From IMG/VR virus record IMGVR_UViG_3300021963_008171, positions 10,995 to 74,994 of that record: a stretch of 64,000 bases of DNA; one strand, written 5' to 3'. The notes under the pieces are model-generated. The model did not search any database, was not told the DNA's origin, and saw only the letters and a list, made by a program, of their open reading frames with translations. Source of the DNA: a virus. Taxonomy: Duplodnaviria > Heunggongvirae > Uroviricota > Caudoviricetes. Shown one piece after another: positions 48,984 to 58,973 of the stretch (position 1 is the stretch's first letter; every line of letters starts with the position of its first letter). The translations under genes were made by a program, and so were the position numbers.

Positions 48984-50421
48984 GTTTTTCTGGTGGATAT
49001 GGATAAGTACCTGTTTCGAAGTGCGTTATTCTTCCATCGTTAAGATTAACTACTGGAATGGATTGATCAACTTTTATAGCCCCATACCATTCAGCTAATT
49101 CTGGAAAAGTCTCTTTGAAGTTCTTACCCCTTCTACTATCATATTGTACATAGAAGCTTTTGAAATCATGGTGTAGTATCGATTTATCGTCTTCTGTTGT
49201 ATTGTGCCCTTTCTCTACAACCTGTATGTAATCCAATAATCTTTGAACCTGAGCAAATTCTCCAACACTGAATAAATTGGGTGTCATTTTTTCGTTGAAC
49301 CATTTACTCAATTTTGCATGAAGCTCAGCTTTGATTTCATCAGGAAGAACTAATGGTGACATAAATGCCGGCCATCTTAGAATATTAAGATCAACGTTTG
49401 GTTTATTTGCACCATATTTCTTTTTTAGTTCTATCATATCATCCAAGAAATCAGTGATGCTAAATAGACATAAACTGTTGATTGTCATCATTATGGTTAA
49501 AGATCTTAATTTAGCTCTTTCGATTAAGCTAACAAGATTGCTTCTCCATGTTTCGTAAACTAATCCGTCTCTAATATATTCTGCATGTCTTCCATAGGAT
49601 TCGTTGCTAGTATAGATGTCCATTTCTTTAATGTCCATCGTGTGTGACATTGCTATCATCTTCTCTAATGTTTGTTCTGTCATTCCGAGATTTGAATTAA
49701 CAGCAAGTCTTAGATTAGGAGAAGGGTTGGATTTTAATATGTCTATGAAATCCCAAAAATTGTGGCTCAAAGAAGGCTCTCCCCCTGTAATTCTGATCTC
49801 CTCTAATGTTTGAGATAACTCTGGCCACCATTCGAAAAAAGCCTGTACGAATGGATTCCTTTCGTTATACTTTCCAAATATTTCTGACCAAGAACCGTCA
49901 CTTCGGTATGCACCCGCTGAATCTGTTCTCATCTTTTGATATGGACCAAATTGCTGAATTTCCTTTCCCCACGTGGTACTGTATCCTGCATTACAATAGC
50001 TACACGCAAAATTACAAGTTCTATCAAAGCTTATTTCTAATGTCTTTAAAAGAATATCATCTCTGTAATCGGTCTCTTCTATTTTAGCTATGTCTTCCTC
50101 GTTATAGATGATGCTTTTGTAAACCCTGTCAGATACATTGTTTCTCCCTATGTCCTCTATTTTCCAGCAATAAGAGCATTCTGCAGGTCTAATGCCACTA
50201 AGCATCATTTTTCGCATTTGCTTTTTATGCCTTGTGTTGTGAATTGCAGAAGGATTTGTTTTTATTTCTTCCAAGTCTATAGGATGCGGAAGGGGTAAAT
50301 GGCAGGATCCGGTGTATCCATGTCCAAGATGTATACTTGCATTGTACCATTTCGCTGCACAAAAGCTTTTGCTTATCTTATTAAGGTTTTTTTCTCTCCA
50401 GTCTATCAGTTCTTTTGACAT
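48976..50421 (-). CDS. radical SAM/SPASM enzyme with N-terminal Cys/His-rich extension
   Basis: CNFACSYC (Cx3Cx2C) and a GGEPSL glycine-rich motif. N-terminal CAAKW...HLGHGYTGSCHLPLPHP. Paralog of 50989..52383. Confidence 0.65.
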   Translation of the reverse strand: MSKELIDWREKNLNKISKSFCAAKWYNASIHLGHGYTGSCHLPLPHPIDLEEIKTNPSAIHNTRHKKQMRKMMLSGIRPAECSYCWKIEDIGRNNVSDRVYKSIIYNEEDIAKIEETDYRDDILLKTLEISFDRTCNFACSYCNAGYSTTWGKEIQQFGPYQKMRTDSAGAYRSDGSWSEIFGKYNERNPFVQAFFEWWPELSQTLEEIRITGGEPSLSHNFWDFIDILKSNPSPNLRLAVNSNLGMTEQTLEKMIAMSHTMDIKEMDIYTSNESYGRHAEYIRDGLVYETWRSNLVSLIERAKLRSLTIMMTINSLCLFSITDFLDDMIELKKKYGANKPNVDLNILRWPAFMSPLVLPDEIKAELHAKLSKWFNEKMTPNLFSVGEFAQVQRLLDYIQVVEKGHNTTEDDKSILHHDFKSFYVQYDSRRGKNFKETFPELAEWYGAIKVDQSIPVVNLNDGRITHFETGTYPYPPEKPI

Positions 50422-50429
50422 AGTCTAAA

Positions 50430-51011
50430 TTATATTTGGTGTAGAAAATTGCAGTTATCTGTTAGATCGTAGCTTTTTCCGTGGATGAATTCTTCGAATA
50501 CATGCTTACTTATAGTTTCTTCGTCTCTTATTATTTCCAGTTCATGAAGAATTACCTCAAGATAATTGAGATTAAATTCATTTTTCGGGAAATTCCCAGC
50601 TCCAAATATTATATGTGAATTTGTGTCTGCTGCTAATTTGTCGTTTATAAAATAAAGGGTTAATGCATTTCCGTCTATATAAACAGTTATTACACCATTT
50701 CCTTTTGTTACCAACAATTCATATTTTCTGTTTGGCTCCCATTCAAAGTTACAAGAAAGATATTCAGTTTTTCCTTTACCGTCAGTAACAATTAATAGCA
50801 TGCCATATTCCTCCAGATCTATTCCAAGGTAGCTGGGAAGTTTAGCAAATAGAGTTGATTTTCTAGTTATTTCTTTCTCTAGTTCAAAGACTAGCTTAAA
50901 ACTAAAATCCCCTTCATAATCAAATATGTGATTTGCTGGATCTTTTATGAATTTTTGTCCTAATATATTAGGCCACATTATCCAGGGTTCACCCTCTTTT
51001 ATTTTTAACAT
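50430..51011 (-). CDS. ConA-like lectin / LamG-like jelly-roll protein (tentative)
   Basis: 193-aa ORF between the two radical-SAM paralogs with a beta-sandwich-like pattern; weak. Confidence 0.35.
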   Translation of the reverse strand: MLKIKEGEPWIMWPNILGQKFIKDPANHIFDYEGDFSFKLVFELEKEITRKSTLFAKLPSYLGIDLEEYGMLLIVTDGKGKTEYLSCNFEWEPNRKYELLVTKGNGVITVYIDGNALTLYFINDKLAADTNSHIIFGAGNFPKNEFNLNYLEVILHELEIIRDEETISKHVFEEFIHGKSYDLTDNCNFLHQI

Positions 51012-52383
51012 CTTCGTAGAATTTTTTTAGTTCAGGAAAGGTTTTTATAAAATCTGTACCTCTTCTTTTATCGTGTTCATCAACAAACAATACAAAATCT
51101 TTTCTATTTTTTTCAACGTCGAATCCATCCTCTGATATAGCATAGTCATAGATTCTTTTTATCTTTTGAATCTCAACATCGGAAAATCCATAATTATCGT
51201 GTGTGAATTCAGGTGTTGCGTAATAGAATGCTTTTTGAGCAGCTTTGAATATGAGCTCTTTGTGTTCGTCGTTAAGTATTTTAACCGACTGATGCTCTGG
51301 CCATCTTAGATAGGATGTATCTAGCTGTATGGCAGATATCCAATACCTTTCTTTGTTTTGGTATTTCTTTTTTAGCTGGAATATCTTTTCTATTAACTTA
51401 GAATACCCAAACACCGACATTGCGTTAAACGTTGCCATAACGTTCACTGTGACCTTCGGAAGTTCGGTTAGGATAGTTTCTACATTTTCGAAGAAGTGGT
51501 CAAAATTGAGCCCGAAACGGATGTATTCGGCTTGTTCTTTCCATGCTTCACACGAGGTAAATACTATTAGCTCGTTTACCCTGTTTTCCTCAATTATTTT
51601 TTTACACAATTTCACAAATTTTTCTACCAGATTTTTAGGAACACCAAGATTGGTATTGATTGAAAGATTTAATTTTCTATTAGGTTCCTCGGTTTCTGCT
51701 ATGAATTCTAATAACTTCCACGTGTCTTTTGAAAGAAGTGGTTCACCACCAGTTATTCTAAATGTGTGTAAGTCGTTGTAAAGATCTGGCCACCATTCCC
51801 AAAATGCTTCAACGTATGGATTTTCTTCTGAATGCTTGTATGGTATTTGTCCGGTTTCCCTGGGCCATTTAAGATCATTAAAATTTGTTGATGTTGGATA
51901 TCCCCCATGATTTTCTATTTCTTCCATCCATTTGGAAGAAAACATAGGGCTACAATAGGAGCATTTGAAATTACACGTGTTTGAAAAATTAACCTCAACA
52001 TATTTTGGATTGTAATCTGAGCTCCATCTTAGATTTTTAATTTCGTCCATGTGTGGAAATGACCATGGCTCTGAGCTTTTGAAAACCCTATCAGAAAAAG
52101 ATTCTGAACTATCTTCCACCTTCCAACAATAATTACATTCCTCGGGTCTTTGCCCATTTAACATTTCCCTTCTCACCTTCTTTTTGTGCTTGGTGTTGTG
52201 AAGAGCCGATGGATTATTTTCCAGTTCGCTCAAAGGAATTTTATGTGGAATCGGGTGATGACATGAATGCGTCATTCCATTATGAAGATGCATAGTAACT
52301 TGTGTCCACTTAGCGAGACACATCCCACATCCAGTTGAATTTAATTCTTTTCTTGTTTCCTCAAAAATTCTTTGATCGCTCAT
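50989..52383 (-). CDS. radical SAM/SPASM enzyme (paralog)
   Basis: CNFKCSYC and GGEPLL; N-terminal CGMCLAKW...HLHNGMTHSCHHPIPH. Confidence 0.65.
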   Translation of the reverse strand: MSDQRIFEETRKELNSTGCGMCLAKWTQVTMHLHNGMTHSCHHPIPHKIPLSELENNPSALHNTKHKKKVRREMLNGQRPEECNYCWKVEDSSESFSDRVFKSSEPWSFPHMDEIKNLRWSSDYNPKYVEVNFSNTCNFKCSYCSPMFSSKWMEEIENHGGYPTSTNFNDLKWPRETGQIPYKHSEENPYVEAFWEWWPDLYNDLHTFRITGGEPLLSKDTWKLLEFIAETEEPNRKLNLSINTNLGVPKNLVEKFVKLCKKIIEENRVNELIVFTSCEAWKEQAEYIRFGLNFDHFFENVETILTELPKVTVNVMATFNAMSVFGYSKLIEKIFQLKKKYQNKERYWISAIQLDTSYLRWPEHQSVKILNDEHKELIFKAAQKAFYYATPEFTHDNYGFSDVEIQKIKRIYDYAISEDGFDVEKNRKDFVLFVDEHDKRRGTDFIKTFPELKKFYEDVKNKRG

Positions 52384-53843
52384 TATGCTTTACAATTTAT
52401 TAAAAGTACGTTATTGCCAAGATCCTTCGCCGTGATTAATTCATATTGCATATTATTAATCCCGTCGCTCTTGTAATCTATGGATCTTCTTTGCATTTCT
52501 GTAACAAATCTTCTTTCGTTTCTGGCTGTTGTTTCTCCCTTAGCCCATTTATTGTTTACTAATCCTTCGTCAACATGTGGCATGCATTCAAAATCTCCTT
52601 CTCTTCTAAATGGTATTGGCATATCAGTAACCGAAAAATCCTTCTTCTCAAATTCCACATTTTTATGATCTGCTCTTACTCCTTTTATTAAATCTGGTAT
52701 TTTTTCTGCTGATATATTTTCAAAATCATAATGCAAGACAGGATCTATTTTCTTTGAATGAAAATCCGATATTTGACTAGCATTATCTACGAATTTATCA
52801 AATATAAGTAATTCTGCTATCTCTCCCCTGAAATTTATAGGATTTCCTTTATCTGCATTGGTTCCTAAATACATCGGACTTTTATCTTCGTAATTGAACA
52901 TACCTCCAAATATGTAAGTGGATTTTTCCTCCTTGATGCCCTTTTCGTTAGATTTTCCAAGCTCGTCATTAAGAAAAAAGTTAAATCTGGACTCAGATTC
53001 TTTATACGAAGTTGTCACCCATGTCCATTCTTCGTCACTTCTTTTGAGCCAATTGTAAAACATAGTTTTGTCCTGGTTGTAAACCATGCTTGTTACTGCT
53101 CTTGAATTATTGAAAGAGATTGAATATGGACAATAGCTTTGCTTTCTAAAAACTGGAAATTCTATAAATTGTTTATCTTCCTCCCCTATTAACCATTCGT
53201 TATACTTTTCATTCTGTTGCTGAGCCCGGAATAAAACCGCTATGGTGTGATCTTTGGTTAACAGGTGATTCATTTCTTTTTTGTGAGGAATCTTTATCCA
53301 TGAATCCTCCCCATTAAAAATTGCAACATTCTTCTGATCGTACTTTTTATACACCCTGCAGTTAGAGTATCCCTCGAAATGAGCACGGAAAAAAAGATCA
53401 TCGTCTTCCATTCCCCAATCCCAATAGTTATTAGAATATCCATTTGTTCTCTCCACCTGCTCCTTGGTAAAAAGAACCACCCCGCCAAAGTATTGTTCGT
53501 AATTTAATTTGTAATCATACTTTGATAGTTTGGTTGCTATATGAACAGGATTTTCTCCTGGGTAGGAATAATCACAGTCTTCTGACACTGGTATCATATC
53601 AATATCGTGCCATGCTATGTAATCACATCCGTCATCAAAAGCAAACTTGGCTGCAATGTTCTTCATTAAACCCCGGTTAAAGAGTTTATCGTCCATTTGA
53701 TTTGCAACATAGAATTTATGTTCTATTCCTCTCTTGTTCAGAAATTCTGTCAAGTGCGGAACTAGTTTTTGTAAATGTTCGTATCTATTTCTGTATGGGA
53801 TACAGATTCCAAGTTTATGTTTCATATGCCTACGTCTACCCAA
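52383..53843 (-). CDS. GT7 beta-1,4-galactosyltransferase-like glycosyltransferase + C-terminal ConA-like domain
   Basis: FNRGLMKNIAAKF, DIDMIPV and YWDWGMEDDD all match B4GALT motifs (FNRAKLLNVGF / DVDLIP / WGWGGEDDD). Confidence 0.7.
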   Translation of the reverse strand: MGRRRHMKHKLGICIPYRNRYEHLQKLVPHLTEFLNKRGIEHKFYVANQMDDKLFNRGLMKNIAAKFAFDDGCDYIAWHDIDMIPVSEDCDYSYPGENPVHIATKLSKYDYKLNYEQYFGGVVLFTKEQVERTNGYSNNYWDWGMEDDDLFFRAHFEGYSNCRVYKKYDQKNVAIFNGEDSWIKIPHKKEMNHLLTKDHTIAVLFRAQQQNEKYNEWLIGEEDKQFIEFPVFRKQSYCPYSISFNNSRAVTSMVYNQDKTMFYNWLKRSDEEWTWVTTSYKESESRFNFFLNDELGKSNEKGIKEEKSTYIFGGMFNYEDKSPMYLGTNADKGNPINFRGEIAELLIFDKFVDNASQISDFHSKKIDPVLHYDFENISAEKIPDLIKGVRADHKNVEFEKKDFSVTDMPIPFRREGDFECMPHVDEGLVNNKWAKGETTARNERRFVTEMQRRSIDYKSDGINNMQYELITAKDLGNNVLLINCKA

Positions 53844-55234
53844 GTTATATTCTTGTCTTTTTTTATTCCGTGTTCTGTGAATTTGATTCTGAATACACCA
53901 TCATCTTCATCTGATGATGACATACTATAATTTTTAGAAACCTCGTTGATGAACCTCAATTGATTCCATCTAGTTGCCTGATCCTTCCATTTATTTTCAA
54001 AGAATCCATTCTCACTGTGACCAAGTGCTTTGAATAATCCCTTCCTCCTTCTGGGAATTTCTAATTTTTTGTGTGATGGAATTTCCATTTCCCTGATATC
54101 ACAATTGAATATTCTAGCATGATTCCTATTTCCGGATTGATCTACCAATCGATAATTTCTGATACTTTTTGCATTGTAAAGAAGATGTAGCTCGTTAGAA
54201 ATTTTATATTTTCTAAATTTTTGATTTTTAGTTAATTCCTCTACCTCTTCTTTGGATAAACATTTCTTGACAACTGCAAATGAGTCTATCAGTCCTTTAA
54301 ACATATTAGGATCTCCTATTCTGTGTGGATTTCCTGCTCCTAGATAAAACAAATCAACATCATCATATGACCTTAAAGATTCGAATCCCTCAGATTCTCC
54401 TATTAATTCACCATCCTGATAGAATTTGATTTTCTTTTCTCCTAATGATATTGTCACACAAACTGTAGTTTGATAGTTTGTTTTAATATCGGAATTCACG
54501 TAAAAAGCTTTTTCTTCCTTATCGAATGTTACAAAATTGTATCTCTGAAAAGAATTATAAGAAACTGCAGTGTCATATCCAGGTAAGCTAAATGCTGTAA
54601 AAACGTCCGAATCCTTTGTGTGATCACACTCGATATCTTCTGGATAAAAAGAAACAAAAAATGTTAGATCCGTATCAAGATCAAAATTGTTTTTAATCTC
54701 GACGTAAGAATTAATTCCATTAAAATATAATGCTGTGAATTTCTTTTTTGAATTCTTAACAAATCCAAAATCAGTCTCACATCCGTTTCTAACGCATCTT
54801 AATAATAGATCATCGTCTTCGAATCCCCATCCCCAATATCTGTTTGAGTAACCATTTATTCTTCTAAATTCATCTGCTGGAAAAATAGTAACACCACCAA
54901 AATATTGATCGAAAGTCTTTTTTGTATTTCCAGATTCTACCTCCACTATATTTTTAGCCAAGTGAACTGGGAATGGTGAATAACTATAATCAACATCAAC
55001 AGGAAGAAGATCTATGTCATGAAATACCACATAATTACATCCAAGTCTTTTTGCGTATTTGAATCCAATATTTAAGAGCATCCCACGGTTAAATTGCTTA
55101 GCATCATCTTGGTTGATAATGATAAGCTCGAATGAGATCCTTTTCTCGTCAAGATAATTTATTAGATGTCTCTTGAATGCTAGAAGATGCTCCCATCTGT
55201 GCCGATGAGGTACTATTACTCCTAGTTTATTCAT
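53822..55234 (-). CDS. GT7 beta-1,4-galactosyltransferase-like glycosyltransferase (paralog)
   Basis: FNRGMLLNIGFKY, DIDLLPV, YWGWGFEDDD. Confidence 0.7.
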   Translation of the reverse strand: MNKLGVIVPHRHRWEHLLAFKRHLINYLDEKRISFELIIINQDDAKQFNRGMLLNIGFKYAKRLGCNYVVFHDIDLLPVDVDYSYSPFPVHLAKNIVEVESGNTKKTFDQYFGGVTIFPADEFRRINGYSNRYWGWGFEDDDLLLRCVRNGCETDFGFVKNSKKKFTALYFNGINSYVEIKNNFDLDTDLTFFVSFYPEDIECDHTKDSDVFTAFSLPGYDTAVSYNSFQRYNFVTFDKEEKAFYVNSDIKTNYQTTVCVTISLGEKKIKFYQDGELIGESEGFESLRSYDDVDLFYLGAGNPHRIGDPNMFKGLIDSFAVVKKCLSKEEVEELTKNQKFRKYKISNELHLLYNAKSIRNYRLVDQSGNRNHARIFNCDIREMEIPSHKKLEIPRRRKGLFKALGHSENGFFENKWKDQATRWNQLRFINEVSKNYSMSSSDEDDGVFRIKFTEHGIKKDKNITWVDVGI

Positions 55235-55430
55235 TCAAATTATCGTTTTCTTCTACGAATTTAGTGTGGAATTCAGACAGATAGAATTGGATTCGGTTGC
55301 TCCATTCGTTTTTGTCTATCTCCTCTACCCAAGCTGTTAGGTCTTCCATACAGTTTGCAATCTTTTCTAATGCTTTAACCTTTCTGATTTCCAGGTCTTG
55401 TGGATTTTCTGTTTTTTTAGATACTGACAT
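55227..55430 (-). CDS. hypothetical small protein
   Basis: 67-aa ORF coupled to its neighbours. Confidence 0.35.
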   Translation of the reverse strand: MSVSKKTENPQDLEIRKVKALEKIANCMEDLTAWVEEIDKNEWSNRIQFYLSEFHTKFVEENDNLNE

Positions 55431-55441
55431 GATTTCTGTTT

Positions 55442-56287
55442 TTATATGGATGTGATAATTTTTATTAATTTTTTCCAGGAAGTGTATCCATCATAGCTGT
55501 TTACATTCTGCTCGAACATAAATGAAGGATCGCTTACGTCTAGTTTATTCTCTATTATAGCATCATACATCTTTTTATATTCGGATGAAAATGCATATTG
55601 TGAATTTACGTCCGCCACAGCCTTGATCCTTTCTAGACACGTTGAATCCCATTTGAAGTGATGAACTTGGACCGAGTATTTTTCAACTGGAGCAATTAAT
55701 GGATGATTCCACCCCTGCCATTTCCATGTTGTATAGCCATCTATCTTTGCATAGTGCTGGCCAGAAGTTATTTGAACGTGCCCCTTTACCAAACAAACTT
55801 TATTTGGGCAGGCATTACTTAGTGGATATCTAAAAAACCCAGCAAGTGGAAATTGAGAAAATATGTCTTTTCCTGATCTTATTCTGGGGAATTCACCATC
55901 TTCTCCTAATCTATCAACAAATCCACCTCTAACCAAATCCCACCCATTTTTTTCGCAGTCGTCTGCTATTCTTCTTGGATGATCGTTGTAAAGATGAAAT
56001 TCATCAATATCAGCAACCATCCACCAATCGTTAGGATGCTCATATTTACAAGAATTATAAATTGTGGTTACCTCTTCCCAGTCAAAACCCCTACTTTTTC
56101 TGGATCCGCAGATTTTTACATTCTTGTGATCCTTTATCTTTTCCTCTACCTGTTTTTTTAAATCTGGATAAAGATCCGATTCATAGACGTAAAACAAAAT
56201 TTCATCCACATTAAATTTACTATAATGTTGAATGAAGTGGGGTATAAGATTAACCCCGTGTCCTATTACTGATACGACTCTAAGCAT
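55442..56287 (-). CDS. putative GT-A fold glycosyltransferase (GT92/DUF23-like?)
   Basis: ...WWMVADIDEF (DxD-like); 281 aa. Confidence 0.4.
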   Translation of the reverse strand: MLRVVSVIGHGVNLIPHFIQHYSKFNVDEILFYVYESDLYPDLKKQVEEKIKDHKNVKICGSRKSRGFDWEEVTTIYNSCKYEHPNDWWMVADIDEFHLYNDHPRRIADDCEKNGWDLVRGGFVDRLGEDGEFPRIRSGKDIFSQFPLAGFFRYPLSNACPNKVCLVKGHVQITSGQHYAKIDGYTTWKWQGWNHPLIAPVEKYSVQVHHFKWDSTCLERIKAVADVNSQYAFSSEYKKMYDAIIENKLDVSDPSFMFEQNVNSYDGYTSWKKLIKIITSI

Positions 56288-57011
56288 TTTTTCTTTTTAA
56301 TATAGTTATACCGCTCGAAGCTGGTTTTTCTTTTAATCTTCCATAATTGAATAAATTAAAAATTTCCCATTCATCGTTATTAAAATCCTTTACGAATTGG
56401 GAAGGACCTGAGAAATCATGGAAATCCTTTTTCTGGTCCTCTGTTACTATATAATTTTCTGAAAAGCTTGGATCTGTGTCGTGTATAGCGATTATCCCAT
56501 TCTTTTCCATTATCGTGCTGTACATATTAAAATCCTTGGAAACCCCTTCATATGAATGATCGCCGTCTATAAATAAGAAATCTATTTTGATGTCTTGCAT
56601 TATAAAGAAATCATAGAATGCTTTCTCTGATGTTTCTTTTATAAATCTTGGGTGGAAATTAGATCTATAGAATCCAGATTCGTCCATCATATTGGATTGT
56701 CCCCCGATTCCATTGCAAGGATCTACCACGTAGGTAGCTCCGATATCTCCCCAATTGTAATCGGGATTTCCTTCGAATATTCCCGAACCGTGTAAATCTA
56801 TTCTTGCCTGTGTCATTATCCTAGGAATAAAACCTCCCCCGCTCCCAATACACACGCAATTTTTAGATCTTGTAAACTGGATAAGCGAGTATATTAATAG
56901 TCCATCGCCTAGATCAGAATCCGTTGCACCATGTGACCAGCGGAAAGGTACAGGAATTTCCCCGTCGTTTGTTATCTTTTCCCTGATATAATCTAAATTC
57001 AATACCATCAT
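56280..57011 (-). CDS. class I SAM-dependent methyltransferase (TylF/MycF-like O-methyltransferase)
   Basis: ...CVCIGSGGGFIPR Gly-rich motif and the acidic ...AIHDTD. Confidence 0.45.
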   Translation of the reverse strand: MMVLNLDYIREKITNDGEIPVPFRWSHGATDSDLGDGLLIYSLIQFTRSKNCVCIGSGGGFIPRIMTQARIDLHGSGIFEGNPDYNWGDIGATYVVDPCNGIGGQSNMMDESGFYRSNFHPRFIKETSEKAFYDFFIMQDIKIDFLFIDGDHSYEGVSKDFNMYSTIMEKNGIIAIHDTDPSFSENYIVTEDQKKDFHDFSGPSQFVKDFNNDEWEIFNLFNYGRLKEKPASSGITILKRKNA

Positions 57012-57116
57012 TTTATTTTATCAATTAAGGATGAAAGATTTCACCAAAACGAAACTTAATAGTAAACAAATAGTATTACATTTTATATTCGGAAGGATTT
57101 ATATTATATTTACACC

Positions 57117-57899
57117 ATGGGACAAAAAATAATGACAATAGGGGACGTTCACGGGAGGGATACCTGGAAGTTTCTGACCCATGGGAGTAGTTATGAATTC
57201 GAGCAATGGTCTATTATGGTCGAAAATGGTGCGGATCCCAGTGATGAAATGTTCAAGGATGATTATCCATATTTCGGGGTAGATAAGATTGTTTTTATCG
57301 GTGACTATGTTGATAGCTTCACGGTATCAAATGTTGAGATTAAGAGAAATCTGGAAGACATTATTATGTTTAAAAAGAAAATGCCGGATAAAGTGATTCT
57401 TCTTTGGGGAAATCATGATGTTCAGTATTTTATCCCAAATCAAATTTGCAGCGGGTTTAGACCAGAGGCTAAATGGGACTTACAAATTCTATTTGATCAC
57501 AACAAAGAGCTTTTTCAAATGGCGTATCAGGAGGGAGAATATCTTTGGACCCATGCTGGTTTATTGAAACCGGTTCTTTCGGATATGCTAAAAATGTACC
57601 CAGATTTGAAAGAATTTAAAACTGAGATGGATATTTTGAATCATGCTTTTGAAATGGAAATTCCACAGATATTTCAGGTCGATGGAGCAAGTGGGGGATG
57701 GAGTATGTATGGAGGACCTTTATGGGTAAGACCTAAACAGCTCGAGCAGTACGGATGTAGATTGAATCAAATAGTAGGTCACACCCCGCAGAAAAAATTA
57801 GTTGAAATTGAAACAGGTCATGGTTATAAAATCTGGCTAACGGATTACATCGAATATAATGAAGAATCGGAGATCATTCCATTTATACTAGAGATATGA
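57117..57899 (+). CDS. calcineurin-like metallophosphoesterase (Ser/Thr phosphatase family)
   Basis: GDVHG, FIGDYVD and WGNHD motifs in order. Confidence 0.7.
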   Translation: MGQKIMTIGDVHGRDTWKFLTHGSSYEFEQWSIMVENGADPSDEMFKDDYPYFGVDKIVFIGDYVDSFTVSNVEIKRNLEDIIMFKKKMPDKVILLWGNHDVQYFIPNQICSGFRPEAKWDLQILFDHNKELFQMAYQEGEYLWTHAGLLKPVLSDMLKMYPDLKEFKTEMDILNHAFEMEIPQIFQVDGASGGWSMYGGPLWVRPKQLEQYGCRLNQIVGHTPQKKLVEIETGHGYKIWLTDYIEYNEESEIIPFILEI

Positions 57900-58180
57900 T
57901 ATCAAAAAAGACAAAAGAAAGAGCGAAACAAATTATGAATGGAACATATACTCCGCCGGAGCCTGAAAAAATTGCTGTTAAATTCGAGGTCACAGAAAAA
58001 CAGTATAAAAAATATAAGAGATGGAGAAATGCTAAAACTAAAAAAGACGGGGAGCTTTATGTCGGAACAATCGGAGGAGCATATACTTTTTGCTTTACTG
58101 CAACCGGAATAGGAGAAATAGTAACGGTGAGAGCAGCAGACGGAGACGAGTTAGATTTAACAGATTATAATACTTGGTAA
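57896..58180 (+). CDS. hypothetical protein
   Basis: 94-aa ORF overlapping the previous stop. Confidence 0.4.
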   Translation: MISKKTKERAKQIMNGTYTPPEPEKIAVKFEVTEKQYKKYKRWRNAKTKKDGELYVGTIGGAYTFCFTATGIGEIVTVRAADGDELDLTDYNTW

Positions 58181-58782
58181 TGAAGGTAATATTTTTAGAT
58201 CACGATGGAGTGATATGTCTTTCTAATAATTGGGGAGGTAGAATGAAGAAGCAGAAAGAGTATGGCAGAAAGATGAGCCAATCTGTTAATGAACTTCCTG
58301 TGGAGGTTAGATTCGATAATTTTGACAAAAAAGCAATTGACACATTAAATGAAATACTGGAAGAAACTGGTGCTGAAATTGTTGTCTCATCTGATTGGAA
58401 AAGATGGGCCACTGTTGAGGAGATGGGTGAATATTACGAGTCACAGGGGATCAAAAAGAAACCCATAGATTGTACTCCATATTTCAGAGATCTCATGAAA
58501 GACGGAAAGGCTCCTAAAATAGGAGAATTTCACTATCAAAGATTTGAAGATCTTGAACAGGAGAGGCATTTTGAAATCCTGGATTATTTAAGAGATCATC
58601 CAGAGATAACACATTGGGTTGCTATTGATGATTTAAATATGGGTATCGACATTGTTTATACCGACGGACAGGAGGATCAAAGATATTGGGGACTTACAAA
58701 TTTTGTTTGGACGCCAAGAGAAGATGAAGGAATTAAACAATCAGGTATCAAAGAAAAGATTTTAAAATTTTTAAAACAATAA
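58174..58782 (+). CDS. HAD-like hydrolase (tentative)
   Basis: N-terminal IFLDHDGVI (DxDG-like motif I) and ...AIDD near the C-terminus. Confidence 0.4.
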   Translation: MVMKVIFLDHDGVICLSNNWGGRMKKQKEYGRKMSQSVNELPVEVRFDNFDKKAIDTLNEILEETGAEIVVSSDWKRWATVEEMGEYYESQGIKKKPIDCTPYFRDLMKDGKAPKIGEFHYQRFEDLEQERHFEILDYLRDHPEITHWVAIDDLNMGIDIVYTDGQEDQRYWGLTNFVWTPREDEGIKQSGIKEKILKFLKQ

Positions 58783-58787
58783 TAATT

Positions 58788-58973
58788 ATGGAATACGCAC
58801 CGGTTTTTGGATTAATGTTTATAGTAGTTGCTTTCATATCGTGGCAATGGGTTAGAGGTATTGACAACATGAAAAAGAATCATCCTGATTACAAAGGTGA
58901 GGATTTTTTAAACTGGGGAGATGAAGATATCGATGACGAATTTAGCAGGCAAAATAAAAATAATAACAAATGA
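58788..58973 (+). CDS. small membrane protein
   Basis: 61 aa, one TM segment. Confidence 0.35.
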   Translation: MEYAPVFGLMFIVVAFISWQWVRGIDNMKKNHPDYKGEDFLNWGDEDIDDEFSRQNKNNNK

